From assembly GCA_026936335.1 (NCBI GenBank), contig JAPMXV010000010.1, forward strand, positions 124,001 to 188,000: a stretch of DNA of 64,000 nt. Reading direction: 5' to 3'. How positions within the stretch are numbered: position 1 is the first letter of the stretch; each line of letters opens with the position of its first letter. Both the position numbers and the translations under genes were made by a program. The notes beneath the pieces were generated by a model. The model saw only the letters and a program-made list of their open reading frames with translations. It was not told the DNA's origin and did not search any database. Shown here in pieces: positions 41,972-54,722 of this stretch. The stretch comes from Mantamonas sphyraenae STR306. Its lineage: Eukaryota; Protista; CRuMs.

Positions 41972-44900
41972 ATGGCCGACTTTGCAGACCTCACTCTGCC
42001 AGATGACCTCATGGTCGACGACGACGACGTCTCACCCGCAGAGCCATCCGATGCATCGCAGCCTTCTGCAGCGGCCTCCGCACCCTCTTCCGCCGCTGCT
42101 CCGTCAGACTCTGCCAATGACACCACCACCAGCACCCCATCCTCATCCTCATCCTCATCCTCCTCATCGGCGTCCCGTGGCACTTCCGACGATGACTTTT
42201 CCGCCTCGGTGCAAAACACCGTCGTGCACAAGACTCTCAAGGAGTTGCGTGACACCCTCACCGACGCCATCGTCCACAAACTTGACCGTCCTTTCAAACC
42301 CACCAAAGGCACCAAAAAGGTACGTTGGTTTGCTCCCACCCACCCTCTGCGAACCATATATCTCCTATCTCTTCTTTGTGCTCTCTCTTTGCGTCCCTGC
42401 CCAACCTGACCCTTCCCCCTTTCTCCTCTTTCCCACCCCTCCCCCTTTGCGACACTCCAACCTTCCTCCCTCCCAACCCCCCACAGGGCGATGAGGACGC
42501 CTACATCATCCGCCAGTGGTCTGGATTCCCTCGCAACGAAGACTGGTACATCAATCTGCTGGGTAAGTCGCTTGCGCTGTGTGGCCTCGTTTTCTCAGTT
42601 TTCATTTCGACTCTTCTTTTGGCAGTCGTCGCTGACCCTCCCGTCTGCCAACCCCCCTGTGGCCACCTTTCCCCGCACTGCATTGTGCCCCTTGTGACCG
42701 TCCATCTACGTCCCTTGGGATCCATCCTGTCTTCCATGGGTGTCCGATTGACCCTGGCCCTGCTGTGCAGACGTAATCAGCGCCCTCAGCTCCGGCTGTG
42801 CCCAGGCCATGTGCGACCTCGTCATTCCCTTTTGCCCTCGTTTCAACGACCTCGAAGTGTCCCGTTCCTTCAAACGCACCGATGACTACTCCAAGGCCTG
42901 GAACTTCACCACCTTTCTCTCCACCATCCCTGGGTTTGACATCTCCCGCAACAGGCTCCAGGCAGAGATCATTGTGCGTTCCCTGGGTTCGGTTCCCCTT
43001 TTTTTGTTGCCCTCTGCAGCCCCAAGGACTCACTCACACACACACACACACAATCACTTACTCACTCCATCACTCACTTGCTCGTCAACAGGAGGCTGTG
43101 ATCGACGTGGTGTCGGCCGACATGCTGACATGTGCGTTGCAGAGCGGCAGTCAGGAACAGCTGAGTGACACCTCGCTGGAGTGGATGCGCCAGTTGGCCT
43201 TTCTCTACTTCAAACCACGCAATGTGTCACAGATGACCATGCCCCTGGAGCTGTACCAAGCCTATGCGCGTGAGTTCAACGACCAGTGGGCGGTCATCAT
43301 TGAAAAGTTGAGCCAGTACAACTTCCAGCCCGTGTTTGACCAGTTTGTCAGCCTGGTCACGGGCACCCTCACTGTGGTGGAACCCGAAGAGTTGGAGGCC
43401 TACTTCCTTGGCGTACGCTTCCTCAAGCTACCCCCGCTGATTGAGACGGACGAAAGCAGCATCAACACTGCCCAGTCGTACCTCAGCACCATCCTGGGCA
43501 TCATCACAGACAACGCCATTGCCAACAACAAGAACGTGCCCTTGCGTCTGGCCCAGGGCCAAATCCTCTACCACGCCCTCAAGCAGCTCGACTTTACTCA
43601 CATCGAACAGGGCAAGGCCTTTGGGCTGTTCAACCAGGTCGAGGGCATCTACAAGCAGGTGGAAACATGGGCCAAGGTCGATGCCCTGCGTCCCATTGCA
43701 AATGACATCCTGGCCGTCATCTACTCCCGCTCCCAGAGCAAGTTTTTCGACAAGAACTGGACCCCGTACGTGAAAAAGACCCTGCTCAAGGGTCTGGGCA
43801 AGGACAAGACACGCGCTGTCTACCTTGACGCCCTGCGCATCATCCTGCGTGGTCGCTACCGACCCCTCATTGTCGGTGCAGAGGTGTCCTGGAGCACAAA
43901 GACCAACGAGTTGCGCACGGCCATCCACAACGAACAACGCGACGGTCCCTCCTCACGCGCCACCGCAGACATGGTTTACATCGAAGCCGCAGGCAACGCC
44001 ACAGGCGCCCAGTTGGACCTCTATCCGGGCCCACACAACTTTGCACACATCGATCCGCGTGTGTATGCGTTCACGCTGCGTCGCTCGCTGCCGGGCAAGG
44101 AGCGCGAAGACATGCTTGCTCAGGTGGCCGCCGAGGTGTTTCCCAAGAAGGGACTGAGCAAGATTGAGCAACACATTGGCGTGTGCACCGAGATTGCCCT
44201 TCAGATGGCTGCCCATTCGCTCAAGTTTGTCCAGGGCACTCTCATTCCCACCCTCATGGCCCCAAAGACAAAGTGCCAACACCATTGGATTGTGGGCATC
44301 CGTGCCATCCGTGCCATTCTCAGCTCCTCCACTGGCTTCATGACCCATGCCTACACCATGAATCCCAGCGACAGCGACGGCGATTCCCTCCAGGATCTCC
44401 AGCAGCAGCACGGGTCCTCCTCCTCCTCCTCGCCCTCCCTCACCACCCAGGCTTCCACCACCGATGCCATTGGCACTCTGCTCACCAAGAGTGGTTTTGC
44501 AGCCGCTGTGGCTCCCCTGCTGGTGGAAGTCGCATCGTTGTGTGAGGAGCAGGCAGGCTTGGGCGAAGTCGGCAAACGTGTCACGCGTCTCCCGCTGGCG
44601 TACACCTTCAAGGCAGCCGGCCCCACAGGATTCGACGCATGTGTGCTACTCAAGAGCAAGAAGCACCTGTACCTGCAAACGTACCGTGAGCTGATGCTGT
44701 GTTTTGCCGAACTGCCGGGTGACTTTCTGGCATCCTACGGCCCCGCCGAATTCAGCGTGCTGTGTCGCCTGATGATGCACCAGGACGAACAGCTGGCAGT
44801 GGGGGCAGCCGAGGTGGTGCATGAGTTGTTTGAACGCTATCCGGACAAGCGCATGCCGCTGCTGAAGGGCTTGTTGCGCACAATGACCAACCCTGTCTTC

Positions 44901-47900
44901 CAGGACCCCGTGTCCCAGACCGTGTACCTGGACATGCTCAACGAGATGTTTGCCATCTGGGCCCGTCTGTTGCCCTACGAAATGGAGCTGGGCGAGGAGG
45001 AGGGTGGCGTCGTGCCCGTGTACGACGAGGCAGTGTACACGGTGGAGTCGCTTGCCCTCCTGGGTCTGTGCAGCTACGACTACAAGGTGCGCCAATTGTC
45101 CCTGGACACCTTGCAGGCATCGGCACACATGTGCGATCTGGTGGCATTCTACAACGATAAGTCACGCATCATGAGCGAACAACACATGTGGGCGCTGCTG
45201 GACGAGCAGGGAGAGGACATCATGAAGGCAGCCACGCTGCGTGGCCAAGCCGAGGTGAACCCCATTGTGGATAGGGACCCCGAATTGCACCCGGTGGCTG
45301 TGACCACAAAGCTGACGGAAGTGGCCACCAGCATGGGACAGTCCCACCTCTGGGTGCATTGTTTGGCCCAGATTGGCATCGAGTTGGTGCGCAACAACAC
45401 CTTTAAGCTGCTTCTGCAACTGCGCGATCTCCTCTTCAACGCCCTCTCCAACCTGGACAAGATCCTCGTCACCGATGGCCATGGCATCAGCCCCAACGGC
45501 GGCACGGGGGGCAGTGGCGACGGAGGAAGCAGCAGCAGCAGCAGCGTAGGCAGCAGCAGTATGATGGGGGGTGGTGGTGGAGGAGGTGGAAGCAGCAGTG
45601 GGTTGATGGGTGCAGGTGGGTTGGCTGCCATGGATGCAAGTGCACGCAACCCACGCAACGAGAACCAATTCTGGGCCCAGTTGCACGTGTTGCTGTTTGC
45701 CGTCGCCGGCGTGCCTGCATCCGACACCACGGGCATTGGCAAGCAGATTGAGACGCAGTTGCGCGAGTATTGCGACAGTCTGTGGCCGCAGGTGCTTCCG
45801 TTTGGCAACCGCCTGACGCAGACGGCAGTGAAGCAGGCGGTGAGCTCGCTGCACTGGAACAACGTCCTCACGGTGTGTGAATCGCTGATGCGCTTCTACA
45901 CAAAGGAAGGCAGCAAGAAGAAGCGAGCGCGCGTGTTGCCCTCGCTGACCATGCTGCTGCGTTGTGTCACACGCACCCATCTGTTTGACTGGGCCCTGGA
46001 TGCCCACCGTGGACGGTTGTTGCCGCTGTTGGTCACTGCCATCCATGAGAACGAGGCCATGCTCTTTGGTGCTGGCGCCAAGTATACCTGGGGCCCACAG
46101 GACCGCACCCACAGCATCGACTTTGCCCTGCTGGTGAAGAACGTGGCCGAGGCCCTGTTCACTCCGGTGCCCCAGAATGTGTACATGGGTGCAAAGCTGC
46201 AACGTGTGCTTGTGCCCATGGGCCATGCCCTGGGAAGGGAGTGGACACGTGAGGCACGCATGCAAACACTGCACCTGCTGCGCTCGTGGACGGGCCAGGG
46301 GAGCAACTCACACGGCCGCGTGGCAGCTCAGATGGAAGAATTCAAACGCATCTCTGCCATCAGCAACGCACGCGAACGTGTGCAACTGGCCGACGAGTTT
46401 ACAGAGTATGTGGTGGAGGTGAACACGTCTTGCTTCATGGCAGCAGCTGCCCTGGTGCGTCTGGGTGACCTGGGTTCGCTCAAGGACGACCTCAACGCGG
46501 GACTGTTGCCATGGGCAGAGGCGGCGGAGGCACAAGACCATTATGTGTTGCGTTGGTTGCTGGCAGACCACACGGAACAGTTGCTGGACAACTATGTGCG
46601 CAAGGTTCACAGCGACGCCACCTCGTCGGCCCTGTACTTCCACGCCATCTGTGACATGCTCATCCCCATGTACTCGCAGACCTTCCTGCGTCCCACGGGC
46701 ATGGGCGAAACGTGGAACTTCCTCCAGTACATGGAAGAGACCGGTGCTGCGCAGGATGCCCAGGTGGCAGTGCGTGACAGGGACGACTCGGCCGCCCAGG
46801 GGATGCCCCCCATGGACGACCACGCGGCACAGGCGGATGAGGCGTTTCGCAATCTGTGTGTCACCCATCGTGCCAAGTTTGTGCTGATGGCATTGGCCAA
46901 CATGGCGCACGCATCGCTCACCGTGCGCTACCGTGCCTTTGCCCTGCTTTGGCGCACCGTGGCCACCCTGACACAGGTGGATTGGAGCGAATGGAACGCA
47001 TTCATGGCCAAGTACCGCCTTGTGGTCCATTCGCAGAATGTGAACAAGCCGGCGGCGGTGGCACTCGAGATGTCGCAGTGGTTGGCCGACGCGTGTGTGG
47101 ACATGACGGAAGAGATGTTTGTGGAGTTGTTTGCAGTGAGCAAGGAGCTGAACCGACAGAGCACAGAGGACACGGACAAGCGATGCACCTTTCTCATGCG
47201 TCTCATGGTGCCCTGGTGTGCACGCGTCAATCTCAGCACCCAATCCCACCCGGGATGTGTCACTCTGTCCACGCTCAAGAAGTATGCCTTCCTCGACGCC
47301 CTGTTTGACATCAGCAGGCAGGCGTCCATGCTGGGCCAGCAGGTGGTGGCCACCTGGCAATCGCTTGCGGCTGTGGTGCCTGCCGAAGCCGCTGCAATCA
47401 GCAGTGGCAGTGGCAGTGGCAATGGCGAGGACAGTGATGCACCGCACATGGACGTGGCTGTGCCTCCCAATTTGGGAGTGATGATGGAGTTCCTACTCAG
47501 GCGCAGTGTGTTTTCCAACGAAGACATGAAGTTCAGCAAGAGTCTGGTGTTCTTCCTCTACAGCAGCCAGCCCGAGGGCACGGTGGTGCCTCTGGTCCAA
47601 CAGCTCACCCTGGAACGCTTCACCGAAATCCAACGTTTCAACCAGGAGAACGAAGAGTACATGCGGGAGCTGAAGAAGAAGCGACGTCGTACGCTGGGCA
47701 AGGACTGCAAACCTTTCTGGAGAACAGGCCCGAGAAGGAGGATCTGGTGCAACGCAACATCATCAGCGACACCAGCCTGGCACCCTCGCTCCAGGCGCAG
47801 ATGCGATCGTTGGAGACGTCCCAACGCAACGATGCGCTCATGCAACACCTGGGCGAACGGCCGTCGGCCGAGGATCTTGTGGCACGCAACATTCTGGAAG

Positions 47901-50059
47901 AGGACGAATCGCAGTACTTTGCCGAACCTCCGCCTCCTCCCATGATGGATGACGACGGTGCCATGGGGGGAATCCCGGATGACGGAGACTTTGACGACGC
48001 CGACTTTGGTGCACCGCCCCCCATGAGTGACGAGGAGGAGGATGCACAGCAAGACACGAGCGTGTTGGATGCCCTGTCATCGGCCACGCTGGATGTGCTG
48101 GGTGATTTGGGTGACCTGACCGGTGGTGGCAATGCCAACGACGACGGTGTTGGCGAAGGCCAGGGAGGAGGTGTTCGTTTTGCCGACTTGGATCTGGGCG
48201 ACGAGACGGTTGGAGGGGATGCCGGTGCCGGTGCTGGTGGCTTTGACATGGCAGCAGAGGGATTGCAGCAGGTGGGTCTGTTCCATGACTTTCCGCCAGA
48301 AGATCCAAAGATGGCCGAGGAGAAGCGATTTGCAGCGGTGGCCATGCTGAGTGATCTGTTTTGCGAGTCGATGCAGTCTCTGTCGCCGTACATGTATGTG
48401 TTGGTGCACTTTGCAGTGATGCATGTGGACGAGGAGGATCTGACGAAGCGGGGCAACCTGAGCACACTGCTTGTGAACATCCTGTACGTGTGCAGTTCCA
48501 TGGCCCACATGATGGGTCGCACCGAGGGTTTGGACAGTGCCTTTGTGACCCTGACCAGCCAGCTGCAGACGCCGTCGTTCCGTCTCAAGTGGAGCGAGGC
48601 CCTGGCGTTTGTGGAACGCCATCGCAAGGAGCAGGACAACCTGCGCATGGATCCAGCGGAAATGGTGCGCAACATCCTCGTGCTGTTGGATGCCATCAAC
48701 CCGGATATTGGAGTGAATTGGGGACGGGAGGCGTTCAAGTGGGCGGTGGAGAGTGGCCACCCAGCCATGTTCACGAAAGCCCATCTCATCTATCGCAGCC
48801 TGCGCACGCCTGTGGATGCGCAGGCGTTGCGTCAGCTTGTGTTTTCGCTGGAGGTGGCTGTGACGGATTGGGAGACGTATCTGGAGGTGAGCAAGGGGAT
48901 GCGTCCAGAGGCGCTGAAACAGCTGCAGTTTACGCAAAAGTTGATGTCCACACGCTCCAAGAGTGGCATCCGACGCATGGATTCGTTCCAGGTGGCCATG
49001 GCGGCGGTGGGGCCGTCGGTGAGTGCAGAGGCGTTGTTGGGTCGTGTGAAGCAGTTCATGGAGACACTGCTCATGATGGCGGAGCAGTTCCAGAGCCAAG
49101 GGGAGCTGCACACGCATTTGCCAGTGATCTTTTGGGCGGGTGTGGCTTTGTTGTACTCTCGCAAGCAGATCTACGAACCCACACTGCAGTACCTGCTGCG
49201 TGTGTTGGAGTATCGCGATGAGATGACCCAGTGGGATGCCAAGGGCATGGAGGTGCCTCTGCTCATGCAACCCGTGGACAGTGTGCTGTCCATGAACACG
49301 GCATACACGGGCATGCAGCCCCTGCTTCTCAAGGGCCTCCTGCACACAGAACGCAGGGTACGCACACGCACACGCCGTCTTATCTCCGACGTGGCCATGC
49401 TCACCTCGTTCGATGTGGTGGACCAGTCCCCTGCACGCTACATGACCACCGTGATGGCCCTTCTGCCCTCCTTGTACGTGGCATTGAAGTCACCCACCGC
49501 TGAGGCTGGCTCGTCGGGCAGTGTAGAGGAGCTGCGACAGCCTGCAGAGATTGCTGCACGCCTGGGTGCGGCCCTGAAGCGCAGCGACGAAGGTGGCATC
49601 AACGGAGACATCTTTGGCGAGTATGCAAACCGTGAGTACGTGCAACAGCCCGAGGTGTTTCTCAGCGACCTGTGCTACAATGTGTCTGCGAGCTACTTTC
49701 CAGAGTATGCCAAGGAGTGTGCCGACATCCTCGTCGCCTTTTACGACCTGGAGTGGGACACGCTGGAGTACAAAAAGTTTGTGCTGGACTGCACCCACTC
49801 CTTCCTGACGCAAGAGACGGCGGCCAGCACTGTGCGTGCGTTTGGCAGCGTACTGTCGCGTGCCCTGGAGGACATCCACGTCATCCCGCTGCGCCAACGC
49901 GTGCAGCGGCTGATCGAAGTGGCCAGCGCAAACGCAGGCAGCGACAATCTGGACGAGCTGCTGGACCGCGAGGGCGGTGTGGCCTGGTTGGAGGAGGACG
50001 AGGCACGCAGTGGCCGTAGTGCCTTGCGCCACGTTGCTGCTGTGTTGCTGGCTGAGTGA
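41972..50059 (+). CDS. Furry/Tao3/Mor2-like large HEAT scaffold with two internal RPEL motifs; 4 exons, frameshift at ~47705
   Basis: Exons 41972-42319, 42487-42562, 42771-42973, 43092-end. C-terminal WGREAFKWAV..AHLIYRSL and IFWAGVALL..YE..L resemble the MOR2-PAG1 C region. Confidence 0.7.
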
Positions 50060-50159
50060 AGTGTCGATGAGATGTATGAATTTTGATTGATGTTCAAATT
50101 TGTTTGTCCGGTGTCGTTGTGTGATTTGTACATGAATCAAAATTTACACTGTACATTGG

Positions 50160-52492
50160 TTACTCGCGACGCACCTGCAGAAACAGGACGTTGGAGAAGC
50201 GGCGGATGAGCTCGGCGAGCATGTCGCGCTGGACACCGACCATCTGAAAGAGGATTTCCTCGACAGAGACGGAGAGCTGGCCGTCGAGGAGCTGAATTAT
50301 TTGGAGAAGGAGCTCGCACCAGCTGGCGTCCTCTTCGCTGGCAATGCTGAGGTTGTCGACAAAGTCCTCCTTGCCGCCGACAGTGGGCGGCACGAAGCAG
50401 ATGTAGCTGTGGAGCTGGTCGATGAGGCGGTGGCGCAGGAGCCATATGACCATGCGGATAAAGTCGCCCTTGGGTTTGTCGAGTGACTTGAGGTGGTCTT
50501 GCAGCAGACGGGGTCTGGAGAAGCTGGCAAGGACGCTGGAGAGGTTGTAGTCTGGAAAGGAGGAGGCAAAGACGCGGTGGAGATCGAGTTGGGTGTGGGT
50601 AGCGCTTGAGGCGCCGGCGCCGCCGTAGAGGTGGTCTTTGTGAGCACTGACCTTGACGTGGGGAGGCAGAGAGGGTGTGATGGCATAGATGTTGTGCAGG
50701 GTGAGAGTGTCCATGACCTTGCCTTTGTTCCAGTAGACAAGGTGTGCGACAAGCTTGTAGATGACGGCAAAGGAGAGGTTTGTCTCTGCGTGGATCTCGT
50801 AGAAGCTCTTGACGGGTGTGTAGGCATTGAGAAAGGTGTACATGGAAGAAGAGGCGTAGTTTGCAGAGATGCCAAGGACCTCCATGGCGTACTGGCCGTA
50901 GGAAGGGGCGTCTGAGGTGTCCTTGAGGCGAAGATCAATGTCTGCGCGCCAGTGAGAACGGTGGGAGGAGGTTTGGGTTGGGGGCACGACGTCAAAGAGC
51001 AACAGGGTCTGATAGGGACGCAAGGGAGCACCCAGGCTCTCGACGGGGTGGAGGGAGACAAAGAGGGGAGTGACGTTGTTGAAGGGGACGTCACTCATGC
51101 CAGTGCGACGCAAACCCACATAGAGGGTTTTGAGATCACGTGCCAGCTGGGAGTACTGCACCATGTACTCAGCCAACATGAAGGCATACTCCGAGTCAGA
51201 CATGGACGAAGGAGTGGAGGTGGATGAGGAGGAGGATGAAGAGGAGGAGGTGGTGGAGGCGGAGGAGCCATTGACAGACACTTGGGCACCAGACATTCCC
51301 TGGGTGCGTGCACGTGTGTCACCGGCATGGACACCACCACCACCACCGATGTGCATGTTGCCACCACGCATGGCCTTGTTGCCCAGGAGACGTCCCACGT
51401 TGCGTTTGGCACTGGGACCGAGACGATGGTAGGGGTCGCCTGAGGCAGCACCAGTGGAGGAGGAGGGAGGGAGGGAGGTGCCACCTGTGGTGGTGACTGA
51501 TGAGGATGAGGAGGAGGAGAAGAGGAGGAGGAAGAGGAGGAGGAGGAGGATCCCGAGGTGTGGTGGTTGAGGGAGTTGATGTTGTTGTTGGCAGCAGACA
51601 GGGTGGCTTGTTGATGCAATTGCTGTTGCTGCTGTTGCAGTTGTTGGTGTTGCAAATGTTGGTTGACCTTTTCCTTGATCATGACCATGGTGTCGACTTG
51701 TTTGGAAACATATCGCAGCTGCCGTTCCTGGTGCCGTAGGGCCTCACAGACGTGTTGCACACTGTCACGCACCATCTGGTTGAGTTCAAAGTCACGGTCA
51801 AACACAAAGACGACGTTGAAGGTGCTGATGCCCTCGGGTTGCTCGGGTTCCAGGTTGTCCTGCATCACCGTGCGCGTCCACTCGTCCTGTGTGGCCTCAC
51901 GTGCAATGTCCTGTGCTGCCTCTGAGCTACGCGGTGTGTTTGCGTTGCGTGTGTTGCCCGACAACGGTGTCACACGCATGGGGGCACTCACAAACGAGTA
52001 GGCACCCAATCGCACCACAAAACACCCGTTGCACAGTTCCGTCTTGGAGGGACACAACAACCTTGCAAACAGACTCCTTTCGATGCCAAACACCATGTGT
52101 TGCACCTTGCTTGCTCCAGCACCCCCCGCACCACCACCACCCCCTCCACCACCTCCACCTCCACCTCCTCCACCTCCTCCTGTCGATTCACTTGTCGTCG
52201 AGGCGGGTGTGCTTGCTGTGGTGGCACTGGCACTGCCTCCACCACCACCTCCTCCTCCTCCTCCTCCTGTTTCATCCCCTTTGTCAATGTGCACACTCAG
52301 TGACAATGCGCTGCTGTGTCGCGAGGCCTTGGTGGTGGTGGTGGTGGTGGTGGTGGTGGTGAACGACACTTCCTCCCCCACCTGGTCCTGTTGGGATGCA
52401 ATGCCTGTGGTGGTGCCCAGTGTGCTTGTGGCACTGGCTGTCACTGATGTTCCATCCAGAGAGGCAGTCTCGACAGACACTGCCGTGACGAC

Positions 52493-52524
<32 letters not shown>

Positions 52525-53416
52525 CATTGGCCACCACCATCGCCGCCGCAGACGCCGCCGCTGCTGCTGCCTTCTTTGCCTTGTCCTCTTCGGTGCGCAC
52601 CCTCCTGGCTGTTGTGGGTGTGCGTTTGGTGCTTGTTCCCCTTCGACTGATGGTCCGGTGGTGGGCCTGACGAAGAATGGGCGCCACCGTGTTCACGCGC
52701 ACAGAAGCTCCCCCGGCCGCCGTATGCAGACGAGGCGACGAAGAGTTTGAGGCATGACCAGGTGTGCCACGTCGATGGGACCCGGGGGTCTTGTTGTGAT
52801 GGTGGCGATGCTTGCGGCGGCCGTCTTGCACCGGTGGCAGCGGGTAAGGGGAGGCAGAGGAGGAGGAGGCAGAGGAGGAGGTTGACGAAGAGCCCATGGA
52901 AGACGACGAGGGAGTGGCATAGTATGTAGATGAGGATGATGGGGATGGGGAAGGGCCATGGTTGGAGCTGGGCGAGCTGGAGTACACCTGTGTGCCACGG
53001 TAGGCCCTGTGCTTGTGGGCAACGCGAGAAAGGCCAGCGGAGAACGCTTCTTCGTCGTCGTCGCTGGCAGGAGGGTAGCGAAACACAAGTTGGTTGCCCC
53101 TGGAGTCTGACACGAGGAGACACACAGCTACAATGCCACGTGAACTGTCTGCAGTGGATGGGGTGAAGGAGGAGACTTGGGAGGAGGAGGACGAAGCGGA
53201 GGAGGAGGAGGAGGAAGAAGAGTTGCCAGCAGAGTTTGAGAAAAGATCGGCACTTGCGACGCGGGAGCGAGAGGAAGAGAGGGAATGGTGTGCAACCATG
53301 GACATGGTGGAAGTCAAGGAGGAGGGAGATCCACCAGGCACAGAGGTGGAAGAGGCCGAGGAGGCCGTGGAGAGGGAACGGACGGGACGGTGATGGTGGA
53401 TGCCTCCACCGTACAT
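50160..53416 (-). CDS. NPRL3: GATOR1 subunit NPRL3/Npr3 with large low-complexity insertions (frameshift ~51519)
   Basis: LLVSDSRGNQLVFRYPP, LLCPSKTELCN, FNVVFV, ALRHQERQLRYV, LRPYQTLLL, LVAHLVYWNKG, MVIWLLRHRLIDQLHSY. Confidence 0.88.
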
Positions 53417-53577
53417 CGTTGCAATTGGGTTGGGCTGGAGAGGGGGGTTGGAGGGGGAATGGGGGGGAATGGGGGGGATGGGGGGATTGGGTGGAGGGAG
53501 TGGGGAGGTGGGGGAGGTGGGGGATGGCATGGAAGCAAAGGGCGAAGGCAGGGCCACACCAAAACCAACACACCGTC

Positions 53578-54624
53578 ATGCGAAAGCCGTGGGGATGGAC
53601 ATTGCTTGTGCTTGTGCTTGTGGGCACATTGGTGCATGGGCAGCAGTTCAGTGCATCTGGGTCGGAGAGCGAAAGTGATGGAGAGGAGGACGACAGGGAC
53701 GAGGAGTTTGTGCCTCACGTGGTGGCCCAGTTTGCAGGACGGGCGTGTGTTCGCAGGCTGCCAGAGAGCATGCAACGCAGACTGGCTTGCGATTTGGTGC
53801 AGGAGGTGGTGGAGTCTGTGCATCGCACTGTGTACGCAGGTGATGAACGCCAGTACACCTTCCAACTGCCTGTGCTGCGCGAAGAAAAGGACGGCACCAT
53901 GGTTGCCACGGACAAGAAGCGCACCGTCAAGGTGGCCCAGCTCACACAGCTCGATCTCGAGGACATGCTTCGTGCATCGTATGCCTCGCAACAAGCAGCG
54001 GTAGGGATTGCACATGGATTGCACATTGCACACACCGGCGAGAGAGAGTTGTGTGTGTGTGTGTGTGTGTGTACGCTGACGTCAGCGCACTGGAACTCAC
54101 CCATCCCACCCCCGCATTGCCCTCCCCTCCGCCCGCAGTTGGCCCACTTTTACAATATCAGTGAACGGATCAACAAGCTGGATCTGAACTCACAGTTGGG
54201 CACAATGGATGCACTGCGCAGGCAGCTGCATGACGAGTATGTGGCTGGATACGAGGAGATGGTGAAGGAGCTGACCAAGCTGGCCGAGGCCAACAAGGAC
54301 AACATGGGTGAGGATGAGGAGGAGGAAGACGATGGGGATCTTTCTGCCAGTGACTATGATGATGATGACCATCGCGAGGGGGCCAATGGTCGCGGTGGTG
54401 CTGAGAACAAGCCCAGTGATGCTCTTCCCAGCGACGCCACCGTGCCCACGCCTGCAAAGACCACCACGGCCACCACCAACCCCAAAGGCAAGGGGAAGGG
54501 GAAGGCGAAGCCTAAGGCGAAGCCCAAGGCTGCTGCTGCTGCTGCTGGGGGTGCTGCTGCTGGAGGTGCCAAGACGACACCCAAGCAACCCAAGAAGAAG
54601 AAGCAGAAGAAGCAGAAGAAATGA
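53578..54624 (+). CDS. Hypothetical secretory-pathway protein; 2 exons
   Basis: Signal-peptide-like MRKPWGWTLLVLVLVGTLVHG, intron 54001-54138 (GTAGGG..CGCAG), then an acidic segment and a Lys-rich tail. Confidence 0.65.
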   Translation: MRKPWGWTLLVLVLVGTLVHGQQFSASGSESESDGEEDDRDEEFVPHVVAQFAGRACVRRLPESMQRRLACDLVQEVVESVHRTVYAGDERQYTFQLPVLREEKDGTMVATDKKRTVKVAQLTQLDLEDMLRASYASQQAAVGIAHGLHIAHTGERELCVCVCVCTLTSAHWNSPIPPPHCPPLRPQLAHFYNISERINKLDLNSQLGTMDALRRQLHDEYVAGYEEMVKELTKLAEANKDNMGEDEEEEDDGDLSASDYDDDDHREGANGRGGAENKPSDALPSDATVPTPAKTTTATTNPKGKGKGKAKPKAKPKAAAAAAGGAAAGGAKTTPKQPKKKKQKKQKK

Positions 54625-54651
54625 GGATTCCAATTGTTGTTCGCTGCTTCT

Positions 54652-54722
54652 CCCACATCATCATCATCCACACCATCATCATCATCATCCACACCATCAT
54701 CATCATCATCCACGCATCATCA
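54652..54722. repeat. Imperfect (CAT)n/CCACAC tandem repeat between convergent genes
   Basis: About three units of catcatcatcatccacac, overlapping the MOGS stop region. Confidence 0.85.

Noticed and set aside
51095-51510. Pro-rich C-terminus of the 820-aa ORF as a real domain
   Set aside because: Out-of-frame read-through after the ~51519 frameshift; the NPRL3 homology continues in the other frame.
54652-54722. CRISPR-like or telomeric repeat
   Set aside because: Simple CAT-based low-complexity repeat with no spacers or cas genes; eukaryotic context.
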